Positions 1-11,996 of a stretch of DNA of 44,074 nucleotides are shown in pieces. Source of the DNA: Bigelowiella natans CCMP2755 (lineage: Eukaryota > Protista > Cercozoa); assembly GCA_000320545.1 (NCBI GenBank), contig ADNK01000946.1:1-44074 (forward strand). Direction: 5' to 3'. The notes beneath the pieces are model-generated. The model made no database searches, had not been told where the DNA came from, and was given only the letters and a program-made list of their open reading frames with translations. A program made the translations under genes and the position numbers. The stretch's first letter is position 1. The number at the start of each line of letters is the position of its first letter.

Positions 1-151
1 TAAAATCCATCACAAATCTCGAATTCAAAAAAGGAGGTGGTGACGCACAGAGGGAGAGTTTCTGTATCAATATATAGTAGCATCCTAAGAACAACACGTC
101 CGTATTTAAAATACACTTGCCCTGCTGCTGCGCGCAGAAACACACACATAT

Positions 152-192
<41 letters not shown>

Positions 193-225
193 ATTTTAGA
201 CAAATAACTTACCCTATTGTTACAG

Positions 226-367
226 CGTTTTCGAAGTTCCAAACGGTGAGAGCTTTTAATGAGAATGGCGAAGTTGTGCATGAAGCTATCATTAAGGAGG
301 ACGATAGAGGAGGGTAAGTCATTCATCGGGCCACTGCTAGTATTCAATTTTACGGTCCATCTATCTC

Positions 368-456
<89 letters not shown>

Positions 457-628
457 TATACAGTTTTAAAAGCATATTTTTCTCCACTCTCCTCGTTTTC
501 TGTGTCACAAAATTCGTAGATACCGCGATTTCTTGAGTACTTTAAAAGGGAAATCATTTGATTTACGGCCATCGGAAAGAGAATCGCTATACTTCAATCT
601 GAAGTCACACGAACTTATAATTACATAA
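226..628 (+). CDS. 3' end of an upstream spliced gene, unknown product (exons 226-313 and 520-628)
   Basis: tacag|226 acceptor, gg|gtaagt donor at 314 and cgtag|520 acceptor are phase-compatible, giving ...FSKFQTVRAFNENGEVVHEAIIKEDDRGGYRDFLSTLKGKSFDLRPSERESLYFNLKSHELIIT* (taa 626-628). Introns carry (CA)n/(TA)n repeats. Confidence 0.65.
371..453. repeat. Compound (CA)n(TA)n microsatellite (intronic)
   Basis: Directly visible. Similar dinucleotide tracts at 139-190, 1114-1149, 1897-1988, 8823-8858, 11961-11992, 15920-15951, 32084-32118, 34916-34959, 37541-37580 and 40545-40595. Confidence 0.95.
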
Positions 629-942
629 TTCAAGAGTATTATCGATGGAGATTTACATGCGTGGATATGTATGATATATATATTTTCTTTTGATATATAA
701 CCCTAATGAACCTTTTCCTTTACTCCCGGTCACAGTGATTATGTAAATAAAGAGAAACAGCAGCTGAGATGTACATATATCTACCTATCAGTTGTACAAA
801 ATAGGGAGTAGCAGTTTGACAGAGACACTAACATGTTGCGCCAGTCATCGTGCCTTCTTGCCCGTTGAGTTTTTCCGACAGTAGCAGCAAAAGAACCCTA
901 TTTTTGCCACCCCTGTGGATGCTGCACATTCTGCTTGTTAGG

Positions 943-1892
943 ATGAGATGCAGGCCAGAGATAGGCGTGGATGAACAGATGGTGGAGTGGATTAGAACTG
1001 AGGTAGGAGGATAACTCTCCCTCTTTTGTCCATGTCCTTGCATGGAAACGAGCACATGAACCTGTATATGTCTCTCGATGTGTCCTTTCCATTATGATAA
1101 CACCGCTTTCTAATGCGCGCGCGCGCGCACACACACACACACACACACATTTGCACACGTAAAAGGGCTACGCAGCGGGCATAGGTTTGAATAAAGTAAA
1201 GGCGCATGCAAAGAAACTCCGAATTGCCAAAAAGAAAAAAATAACGCGCACGGTAACGTGAGTTTGTTTAGTTGAAAAATGCAAACTATGTATGAAACCG
1301 TCAAATCATAATCCAAGCATGCGCTTTGGATGGTGTCCCCAATTTTAACTTCGATTGTGCACCGGTAGTGATTGTCTCACAGCACCCACTGCCATACCAA
1401 ATTCATGATCTTTCTTCCCCTACCTAGGTTCGGTTCAATCCGATCGAGGTTCAGGTAATCAGATGAACAGAGAATAAGAAAGGCAGCAGGCTACAAGCGA
1501 CACTAACAACAAACCCCCTGCAATTGAAATCGCCTTGTCAACATTTATCATCGAGTTCTTAGACGATAATGCGTGGTGTTTCCAATCTCTTCGGTCTTGT
1601 TATGCGGTATTAAATGAGCAGGGCTACAAGCAAGGATGCATATCTTTTGAGATAGGAAGACAGGCAGGCTCTAATCGCGATGACCTTTCTTTTCTTATGT
1701 ATATAGCGAAACGCACTTATGAATATATTGGACCTTTGTCCTTCAAACCTGACCAGACATATGAGCTATGAGTGAATAACCATGGAAGACGCTTCATACA
1801 ATGCACACGTGTCTTGACATAGTGTGGATGTCCTGCCGATAATTTCAGAATCCAAACCCTACAAAACTGAGGAAAACTTCGGTAAATTTTTT

Positions 1893-1972
<80 letters not shown>

Positions 1973-2201
1973 ACGCAGAGAGAGAGAGGGCGAGAGCGAG
2001 AGGAGTTACAACGGACATTATTCGTGTTGCAAAAATGCATGATTCGACGCTGCTGCGTGAACATATCCAAAAATCTGCTTCTTCTCCCTAGCTCGCCCCG
2101 CTGCCCCTCTGTCTTTCTGTGTGTTTGCGTGATCCTACCTGCTGCGTATTTCCTTCAAAAACCTATTTGAGAATTGGGCGCTTGGGGATGTTGCTATGGT
2201 A
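943..2201 (+). CDS. Possible 5' exons of the giant gene (943-1002, 1428-1454, 1622-~1700, 1848-1881)
   Basis: Short open segments bounded by AG/GT (MRCRPEIGVDEQMVEWIRTE|VRFNPIEVQ|GYKQG...). Phase continuity into 2202 could not be fully resolved by eye. Confidence 0.35.
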
Positions 2202-5200
2202 GAACTTCCCGTCGCTGTTCCGGATACGTTCTCCAGCAGCAAACAAGTTACTAACGTCAGCTGGTGACTACGTGGTAGTCGCCAAACCGTATCACTCGAA
2301 TGGGCCGCGGGGGAAGTCTCAGATGTGGATGTACGATGAAGCAACGCGCGCCATCAAGTGCGTGCTGGACGAAAGAGCACTTGACATCTACAAAGGTGTC
2401 GCCAATTCACTCACTTTCCGACTGTGTGATCAATCGCCGATATGCGAACGACAAGAGCTATATTGTGGAATGATAGTAGTATTACGGATATCAGAGATAC
2501 ATGCTAGCGTAGCGTGTCATAATGTAGTCATGATAGAAAGAAAAATCAGCTTCTCGCATTCATTCTCAATGATCGATGGTCATTCCAACTAAACAACGCG
2601 TGCGAAACATCCTTCAGGGATGACAAAGCTAACTACATCGAAGCTGCATGGACGCTGGACTCAACAGTGGGAGTCAGTGAAATCTTCGTTCATTTATACA
2701 ATGCAGACAAACATTCTGCTTAACCATCATTGCGTAGCAAATGCACGGCGGTGAAACCCCTGTCTTTGGAAGAGTAGATGGAATTTGACCAGTGAATAAA
2801 TCGAGTCGACTATAACCTCCCCCAACAAATAGCAATGGACAAATAACTAACAATACTCGCGTAGGTACGACCCAGAAAATCTCCGCATAACAAATTCGGC
2901 TTCCGACAAGTGTGTGGACATAATGGGAGGAAGAGACGGAACCGATTGCATAGTGTGGGCTCCAAGCGGTAAGCAGGCCTAGTATTTTTAAGTCGTCAAA
3001 ATGAATCTCTAAGGTGTAGAGCAGTTTGGAAACAGAACTGTGCGTTGGAGTAATTCGTCTGTCAGATACGGTGAATTGGATCCATGTTCTACATCTATCT
3101 CGCCTAAGAAACAATGAATGTATTGTTCCAGGATGCAGGAGACAAGAATGGTTGATCGAGGAAGTCAAATCCCAGAATAACTCAGCGGGCAAGAAAGCTT
3201 CTTTAAACCCTATCGTTGGCGTTCCTATCAACATAGTCCACGTGCCGCTTGAGGCAAATGCTAGAGCGAATAAACCAGCGAATTCTCATAATCCACGTGT
3301 TCCCCTTCCACCCCCATCAATGATGGCATCATCATCCTCGGCGGCCGTCGTGAAGGAGCTAGGTCCTCCCATCACTTTAGATTTAAAAAATACACTACAT
3401 ATGCGCGCACATTGCATGTTGCAAGTTTACACATTCCTAGCAGGAAAGAATGCTGCGCGTGAGTCTACGCGATAGTATCCATGCAGTTATGGACTTGTAA
3501 CACAACGAAATGCAAAGTAGCCATGACAACGTTCTCTTCCCTTCTCCCGCTCTTGATATGCTTTCACCACACTTCTTTGCAGAGAAGGAGAGGGCTTTGG
3601 CATCCTACGATGGCAGAACAGTTGTCTTAGTGGAGCGAAACACGAGGGATAAGAATCAATTGTGGAGAATTAGGCAGCAAATGGAAACAGGAGCGAACAA
3701 GTATAATTACGGCCTTGCACCTGCGATGTATGGGTTCACTCACATCCATGTGGAGAGCGGGAACGTATTGACTGTCGATGCAAGCAACAACTATGTCCTT
3801 GAGGAGAGTAGTTGTGGGCGGAACCAGCTTGGAAAGGTTCGATTGACCGTGTAGCAGCGTGTTTGTGTTTTTGAGAGTAGTTTTGTGTGAAGACGGCGGA
3901 TAAGGGGGAAATGGATATAGAGTCAGAGTGAGCATAACAGAGAGAGGGAGGGCGACACCGAGAGGCAAAAAGAGAACGGTTCAAAATAAACCATGGAACT
4001 AGCTACTTCTCTTTCTCTTTCTTTGTCTCTCTCAAATCTTCTGGGGCTTGTCTCCAATCATCACATCCTTAATGACATGCTAAACTTCCCCAACCCACGT
4101 CCTTACATCGCTATTAAGGTGCCCGTAAGAGGAAATAGATGCCTCTATGAAATGACTCTGTTAGAATGCAAAAATGATAGCAAAAAGAAGAGCTGGCGAC
4201 TTGCCAAGTCACCGCCTTCCATTCCGAAAGCGCTAAGATTAAGACTGCTCTACCAAGAGAACACGGACTCCCCGGCCGAGGTTCAAAGAAGGCCAAAACT
4301 ATTTTAAATATACATATATCATACACTGAAATTTGGTCAGAGTACTCTGTATAGTAGTTCCCAACTGGGTTTGATGATAGAGGGAGGGTATATAAACAAG
4401 GGTGGGAAAGAGAAACACGCTCCAATCTCTGAAATCCTTCCTGTCCACGTAGAAACTGCCGGATAAGTTCCTGATTAAAAACGAGCAATCCGGACGAGTA
4501 GTAACCGTTGTCAAGGGTAACGTGGTGATGGAGAAGTTGGCGCCTCCTGGAAGGAAACGTAAGAAACAAACGTGGATATACGACAGCAAAGAGCGGAGTA
4601 TGCAAAGGTACACTCACAAGAATATGAGACGAGTGGTGGTGGGTTATCAGTTCATCATCCCCTTTACTTTCCCACGCCACGTAACAACAACACTCTCACG
4701 AATTTTCATGATTTATAAGTCTGCGCCACTAAATATCCGCCTCCACCAAATATGGCAGCGCGTTGAACGGGAAGGTGCTCGATATTGGAATGGGAAGTTG
4801 CATCATTCTCAAGGAATCAGCGAAGCAGCAAGACTCCCAACAGTGGATCACGATCAACACGGATTCATCCGCTAAATATATATTCAATCAGAAACTGCAA
4901 AAAACGTTAGACATCGCCGGAGGACCGGGAGGGAGGATTCTTCTTGCCTGGGATATGCACGGAGGCGCAAACCAGAAGTTTGTTCTTGATCCAGTTGATG
5001 TAGAAATGGTAATTGAGAGACCACAACGGCAAACACATACAGAGAGATAAGCATACCGAGATGGCGATTGCGACCTCTACTCCTTGCATATTGACATTAG
5101 TTTTCTTATTGATATCAGCCCATTCCACCACGTTTCTATATTGAGGGATCCCTTGGAGCTAGGTAGTAGCAGTAATCTCATCTCGTGATCATTTTCATTT

Positions 5201-8200
5201 AGTGGTATAAAAATGGAAAGGGCGATTGAGCTGACCTGCTATCAACTTGCTTTTGTACAATTCGAAAATGCCAAACAACTTCCTTCTTCTCTCCGTACGC
5301 CTCACCGATTTTCTAACCTCTCTCTCTACTACCTTTCTCCGTCCTCCCTAACCCCCCCCCCTCTCCTGAATCAAATGTGGCCTAAAGAATCGCAATTGAC
5401 ACACGTGTGGGTGTTGATCCGAAGCTTGTGATAGTTTCACCCCAAGACTTCGACTCGTACAAAGAGCAGGACTTTGTCTGGAAATATGATTCCCTAAAGT
5501 TGCGTGTTGTGCACGAGAACCTGGATAAGGCTCTAGAAGTGCTACCAGGACGCAAAAAAAGGGTCGGTCTCTCTGGAAATTTCAAGAAGAACTCAAGCCA
5601 ACACTGGAAGATCAACACAGCTGCAAAGACGATATCTGTAGACGCAGCGGGGGGTTGTTTGACGAGAAATTCAATGGGCTTCAATTCAATGAAAAGGGAC
5701 ATCTTGGCGAGCAAGAAGTCAATTAAAATGTTATCTCGAAAGGAAGATGACCGCAAGAGATCTGAAATTCTCAAAATTTGGCCTTTTAGCGGACAAAAAG
5801 GACAGATCTGGAAATTGAAATTTCCATGCGGAAACTTTCCATCAGGATCTTTTCACATAGTCAGTAAGATCACAGGTGAGCGGATCAAGAAGCATAAATC
5901 CTCAAACAGGTTCGCTTCAACATTACGGACAGTGACTACAACCCTTGCGCAATCTTTTAATTTTTTGCAATTGTTCTTATATCATTTTCGTTTGTCTCTA
6001 TTGTAACCCCCTCCCCCCCCCCCCCCCCCCTTCCGCATCATTGTAACCCATGGAAGTCTTGTCATTGTCGACCCTGCCAACGATAAGGATGACCTAGGAG
6101 AATCAGAGAAGAAAGACTACATTTTCTCATTTAAGCCAGATAGCTGCATGCTACAATGCCTAAGCAATGGAGACGTCATGGATGTGAATGGAGGGATTCA
6201 TGGCACTGATGTGACTCTCTACCAGCAACATGGGTATGCGAATCAGCAGTGGAAATACAACCGTGAAACCTTTCACATCTACAACCCTGGTTCTCCTAAA
6301 GTGCTTTCCATAGTAAGCACTGGGGAGGGGAAGCAAAAACTCGTGAAATTACCGGTCAGCGATACGAAAGGTTACTCACACGTATACACTCCTTCTTACA
6401 TTTCTTGCTTTAAATCTGACTTATCACTAGTTTTCATTCGTTGACTTGTTAGCTCTGTGGTGTTACAACGTCGTGTTGATGTTGTTGCAGCAGATCTGGT
6501 TTGCCAGCAGTTTGAGCTTATACCCGTGAATATGGTGATCGAGAGAACCTATCGTATCCTATAATGATTATGAAGACAAATTGGTGCTTCCAATTATCAC
6601 GATTTGTGCTTTTGTCGGTGTAGGATATTGGTGTAATACCCCATGGAGCAGCGTTTCTCATTCTTCTGTGCGGTTGTTCCCTTTTGTAGGTGGCGAAAAC
6701 AAAGACGGACGCTAAGAACCAGATCGAAGAACCCAAGGAGGTGCTCTTCACATTATGCGTATGCTGTGGTGCCTATTCATAAATTATCGTTTCTGGTCTT
6801 TGTAAACTACCCACAGGACGTTGGAGAGACAACTTTCGCTCGGTTCAGATTGGAGACATTTAGCCGTCGCGAACTACTCACTATAACTCCGAACCAAAGC
6901 AAACCAGCATTGGTTGAGAACTCATCTCATGACAGAAGACAAATATGGAGCTATGACCCTTTAACAGGTGCAGCCAGACAACGTGAAATCGTGTTTTGGC
7001 GAGAAGTATTTCTGCCGATGAATACTGGCATGTTCTGTAAAATGTGGCGAAAATACTGATAACCATCTGTAGTTGAATCTTCTCATAATGCTCCTTGTCC
7101 TGCTTCTAGAAATCCATCGTTTGTCCCCCTTTCCTCATCGGCATTATCAGTGTCGCAATTTACTAAGACCTGTGATCTTGTTTGATTCACGTTTTGCCAT
7201 CTCACTCTATCTTCCTTTCACAGGCCTCATCACGAACGTATATAGTCGACTCGTGTTAACAACAAGATTTGGAGAGTTTTATGTAGAGTCTCCTGGGCCC
7301 AATGAGTATTGCAGGCAGCGGCAGCAGCAGCACACACAATTCGTATAATATTTGCAGTTCAAATCCAATAGCACGTTATAATTATATGATTTCTGTTTAC
7401 TGGGCGCTAAAGTTGATAGGGGAAACAGATGCTAAGCGCAATGCAGCGTTTCCCTTTTCCAAACAATACGTTTTTCCCCTTGTTCATTACTCATCGATTC
7501 GAATTTATCCGGTTAGTAGTGGGATGAGCGACAAAATGCCTCCATTAAAAATGTTTCGTTTTGCATGTATTAATCACAGGAACTTGACGCAGAGATGGCG
7601 AATTTCCGAGATAAAAGACGGCAATTACGTTCGTATTCAACGGCTTCTAAATCCAATGGAGGTCACTCGTCATCCTTTGAATAAATATGATGTGCCATTG
7701 TACGCATTAGAAGACAGTCAATCTCTACGGCATTTCTTACTTATCTCTGCCTGGCCATCAAACATCCTTTTTGCTGTCGTTTTCGGTCTAAAAATGCAAA
7801 TAGATCGTTGGGGTTGGCAAGGACAAAGAGCTGCAAATTTTTGGAGCAAGGAAAAAGTTTCGGAGAGGATGGCAGAAACGGGCGCATCAGCTTCAGACCG
7901 TCTGGCGAGTAATTCCCTGTCACGACTTTCCGGCAATGTTCAACATCATGCCAAGTTCCTTCGAGGAGAAAGTCTTGGCTTACTCCAATGGACGCCTCCA
8001 GATGGTCCACTTTAATCGAAGAACGAAACAAGGAAGCATCTGGAAATTTACCGCAGGTTCTCTATGACCCCTTTCCCCCACCCTCTTTGGCTCTGCGTAC
8101 TGACAAACCATTCTATGTTTTACCTTTTAATGCATCGGCATCACCCCGACGGGGAAAAGAGAGAGATTGCCCTTATGGACATATCGAGGTGATTTACGCT

Positions 8201-8493
8201 ACGGAAGAGCATTTCGAGGACTTATCCTCCGATTGGGATGGCTCGGGGGAGGATACGGGTAAGGAAATACGTCGCGTTTTGGGCTTCGACGCATCTAGCA
8301 ATAAGGTGGTTGTGAAAGAGATTACTTCAGAATCTTCAGACGCCAATGAACTTTTGCTCTGGTATCGTGACTATGAGAGTAACTGCATTATGAACAAGAC
8401 GAGACCTGGTTTGGCGATGGAAGCTATTGACGAAGAAACGATATGCCTAAGTGAGGAGAGGGGAATCAAAACTCAGGAGTTTCAACTACTAGC
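2202..8493 (+). other. Tandem ricin-B (R-type lectin, QxW beta-trefoil) domains of the giant protein
   Basis: Repeated spliced motifs: SQMWMYD..ERALDIY, TQQWEYDPENLRITNSASDKCVDIMGG..VW..RQEW, NQLWRI, GKVLDIG..SQQW..KTLDIAGG..WDMHGGANQKF, GQIWKL, VMDVNGG..GTDVTLYQQHGYANQQWKY, RQIWSYD, TQRWRI, TQEFQL. Several domains open with an FP/LP-x-x-F-x-I strand. Confidence 0.85.
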
Positions 8494-8822
8494 GTGCGAT
8501 CGGTCAGGCTAGCATTAGCACTTTCTGGGGGAAATAGATTCCCTCATTTAGTGGGTGGAAAAGAGGATTTTGAATATGGACACATGGCAGTGAGGATGAA
8601 AGTAGGGGTAGGAAGTATAGCTAGAGAGCGGCGAATTGAATGGTTGAAAAAAGAAAACATTGTTATAATAGCAATGGCGATCGTTGCCACACACCATTTG
8701 AAATGACGTCATAGAACTCATTAATCCTTTTTTCCTAACCTAAAGGTATTTTGTTATCATATCACCATTTATGCACGAAGTGTTCCATGATCAAGGTAAT
8801 CTTCATGATGCTTAAAAAAGTA

Positions 8823-8862
<40 letters not shown>

Positions 8863-11800
8863 AATGAGGAATATGACAGCGAAGAATCATCAAGGATGGA
8901 ATGAAGAATTGTGTTATGTTTCAATTTTCAACGTCAAAATTATCGGTCAATATTGCACACACGTTAGAACTTGCCAGAGATTGTTTCGACGAGTTAAAAG
9001 CGAAGGCTATCCCCTATTTGGCACTGTATGACTCTACTGCGAAATTGCTCTCGCATCACGGAGAATACAATGAGGGCATATTCCGGTATTGAACCTTTTA
9101 TGTCTTGAAGCTGGAGTGAAAGCAATCGCACGTTGTTAGTGTGTGAGAAAAAGTTGGGATTTTACTCGGGCGGGAGGGATGGGGGGGGGGAGAATGAGAA
9201 AGAGAGATAATTTGTGATAAAGTTCATTAGAAGAAGCAGAGGTAGAGAAGAAATGCAATGTCAGCAATTGAGCACGGCGGGGGCGGATCCCCTTTTGAGA
9301 TACCAATGAATAGTTCCCGCAGTAAAATTGAAGCTGTGCGTTTCATGCAACTCTACACACTCTGTTGAATTTTCTTTCCTTATTTCAACCTTGCTATCAT
9401 TGAAACACTCGTCGCCCTCATCGTTCAATGTTCCTCAACATCTGCTTCTGGATAAAATGTCAGGCATTTCAAGTCGATCTGTAGGGGAGAGATGTCAGGG
9501 AAAGTGTTGAGGAGCTACAAGAATGGACAGCTCGAGGGTATTGTAAAGAATCTTTACATTAGCCCGATAGGTCCAAATGGGCCGTGGAACGTATATCGTC
9601 ACGTGATGAAATCAATAGAAAAAACGGACAACAATGCACACAGAGATCTTCCACGTCTGAGTAATAAGATTCAAAGAATAAAGATTGCTTACGAGATACA
9701 AGAAGTGCCACCAGGCGAAGTTCAGGCTCTTTTGTCCCTTGCAAAGTTAGCTTGTAGAGCTAATGTTATTGGGCACGCTAAGGACTTTCTTACAGAGTGC
9801 AGAAGAGAGGTGTATATGGAAAATGATTTGGGGGAGGGGGGAAGATATTAGAAGCTCATATTCTAACAAAGATTAAGGTAGATATAGGTAGGGCTACATT
9901 GTTGAGAATTTCAAATATCTTTATTCCTTAATGCTTCCTAATTTTACTGCCCACCTGAAACAAAAGGGACTGCTTGTGGCCGCCAGAGAGGACCGTAAGC
10001 TCAAACTCTGGAATTCGATGGGATTTTTCCCCCATCGTCACTCATGGATCCTCATCCGGAAGCGTGGAGAGAACCATCATGACCTGATTGAGTCGCTCAA
10101 CAGTCTCGCTGAAATGTATTCTGATAGCGAAGACTTCTATGAGAATGAGATTGGGCCTGAATTCCAGGATATTATAAGCAAGGAAGACATGGAGAAGGGA
10201 GAGTCGATGTTTTTGTTCATATCGAACAAGAATGTTGCTTTTCGTTGCCCTGACCCTCCACAGAGATCTGGGTTTAACGAGCAGCATCTGAGGAGTTTTG
10301 TAGATAAAATTAGGAAGAGTATTATTCGATTTGAGAGTAAAGATCGACCTCGGCCTTACTGGTTCTCACATCACCGCAACAAATTCAACAAATTCACATT
10401 TTACTTCCACCCAAAACAAGACAGCTATGGAAGAGGAATGGCACCTTTCGAATTCTCAATTCTTCTGTCACTGCTATGCTTGTATGTGCGTTTATATGCA
10501 TAAGCGGTCTCTTACTGCGTGTGTTCGTTCTTTGTAATGTTTACCGCCTCCACTCGTTGGGAATTTAGGTTTCGTAGTGAGAAGAATCCAAACAGCAATA
10601 ACGGTGTCGTCAACATAGACCGGAATGAATTTATGCACTTTTTGAAGGGGGAAAACCGAAACCGCAGGAACATCTCCACATATCGCGTAGTTGATGCAAA
10701 AGTTGAAGGCGAAGATGATTTCAAATATAGCCCGGGAGTGAAAGAGGCTCTAAATAACGATGTCTGTTACGTAATAGCCGCTCGAAAGCCGACCGTTGCG
10801 GAGGCGTTTGTTGAGTGTTTGGAAGACTTAGCATATGACTATAACCTCTCTAACAATGCGATGAGGACGAGGTACCATGTACTCAATATTATGTGCTAAG
10901 CATCATTGAAGATATGCCTCACATTCTGTTGGATATTAGGTATACGAGTTTGCCATTTCTGAGCATAAGCGATGAGGAGGCTAGGAAAGAGCTGCAATCG
11001 TTTTGCAAGAGTAAAGCGCTTCAAGAGAACGATCTGAAATACAGAGGTCATAAATGGTACAAGTCCCTTCTCGACGAGATCTTCACATGTTCCCAGAAAA
11101 ATATCAACAAAAACGACAGCAGCAAGAGTGACAGCAACAAAGGTGATAGCAGCAATTCCACAAGCGACAAACCAGGAACCGGAGCTCAAAGTAGTCTGAA
11201 TGATGATGAGCTCTCGGAACTTCTGAGCAGGAACTCGAGATGGATGAGGGCTATCAGACGCATGGTAATGACGGTTATGATGAATGTGGAAAGGAAGCAG
11301 CTAGATGTATCTTCACTATGCAACCACAATTAATTCTCCATTTTCGTTGTTTTCAATCGCAGATGCGGGCAAATGTGTCAGTGTGCTTTTATGATCTAAG
11401 CATTAACGACCCTATTCCGGATCATTTCTCCCACCCGTATAATCAACTGAACAACGGCAAACGCCAGACTTTCCGTCTCTTTAAGTAGGGAGTTCTAGTC
11501 TGTAATTGAAATATATGATTGAAAGTTATGAGAGGATGATGAAATCCATGGGTTTTTAGATGACTATAAGCCAGAAAACATTTTATGGTTAGGATGCCAT
11601 GATGATTTACAGCTGTGTTTTGCAAACGCTTTCCATGTCAGTATTTCGTGGCCAGCAATGACTGACTAAATTATGCTGAGCCAATAACGTGGACGAAATT
11701 AACTTCTGCTTATAATTACAGATATGGCAGTCGAAAGTATATTAAAGGATTCTCAGTTTTTAAGGCTGCACCTAAAGGCGCCAAGCTCTTAGATTCAATC

Positions 11801-11958
11801 TACCTGGAGCTGCACAAAAATATGTTCATTAACTCTTCCAAATGTCTTCGAGCGGGAAACGCAAAAAGCATAGGGAGGCCACCCATGGATATTCTTCTAT
11901 ATCAGGAGAGGCCTGTTCGATTAGAAGAGTGAGTGCAGCATCGACAGGGACAGAAGAA

Positions 11959-11996
<38 letters not shown>

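Noticed and set aside
117-2070. ORFs with THTHTH / CVCVCV / ERERER runs (apparent His-rich or metal-binding peptides)
   Set aside because: Translations of intronic dinucleotide microsatellites.
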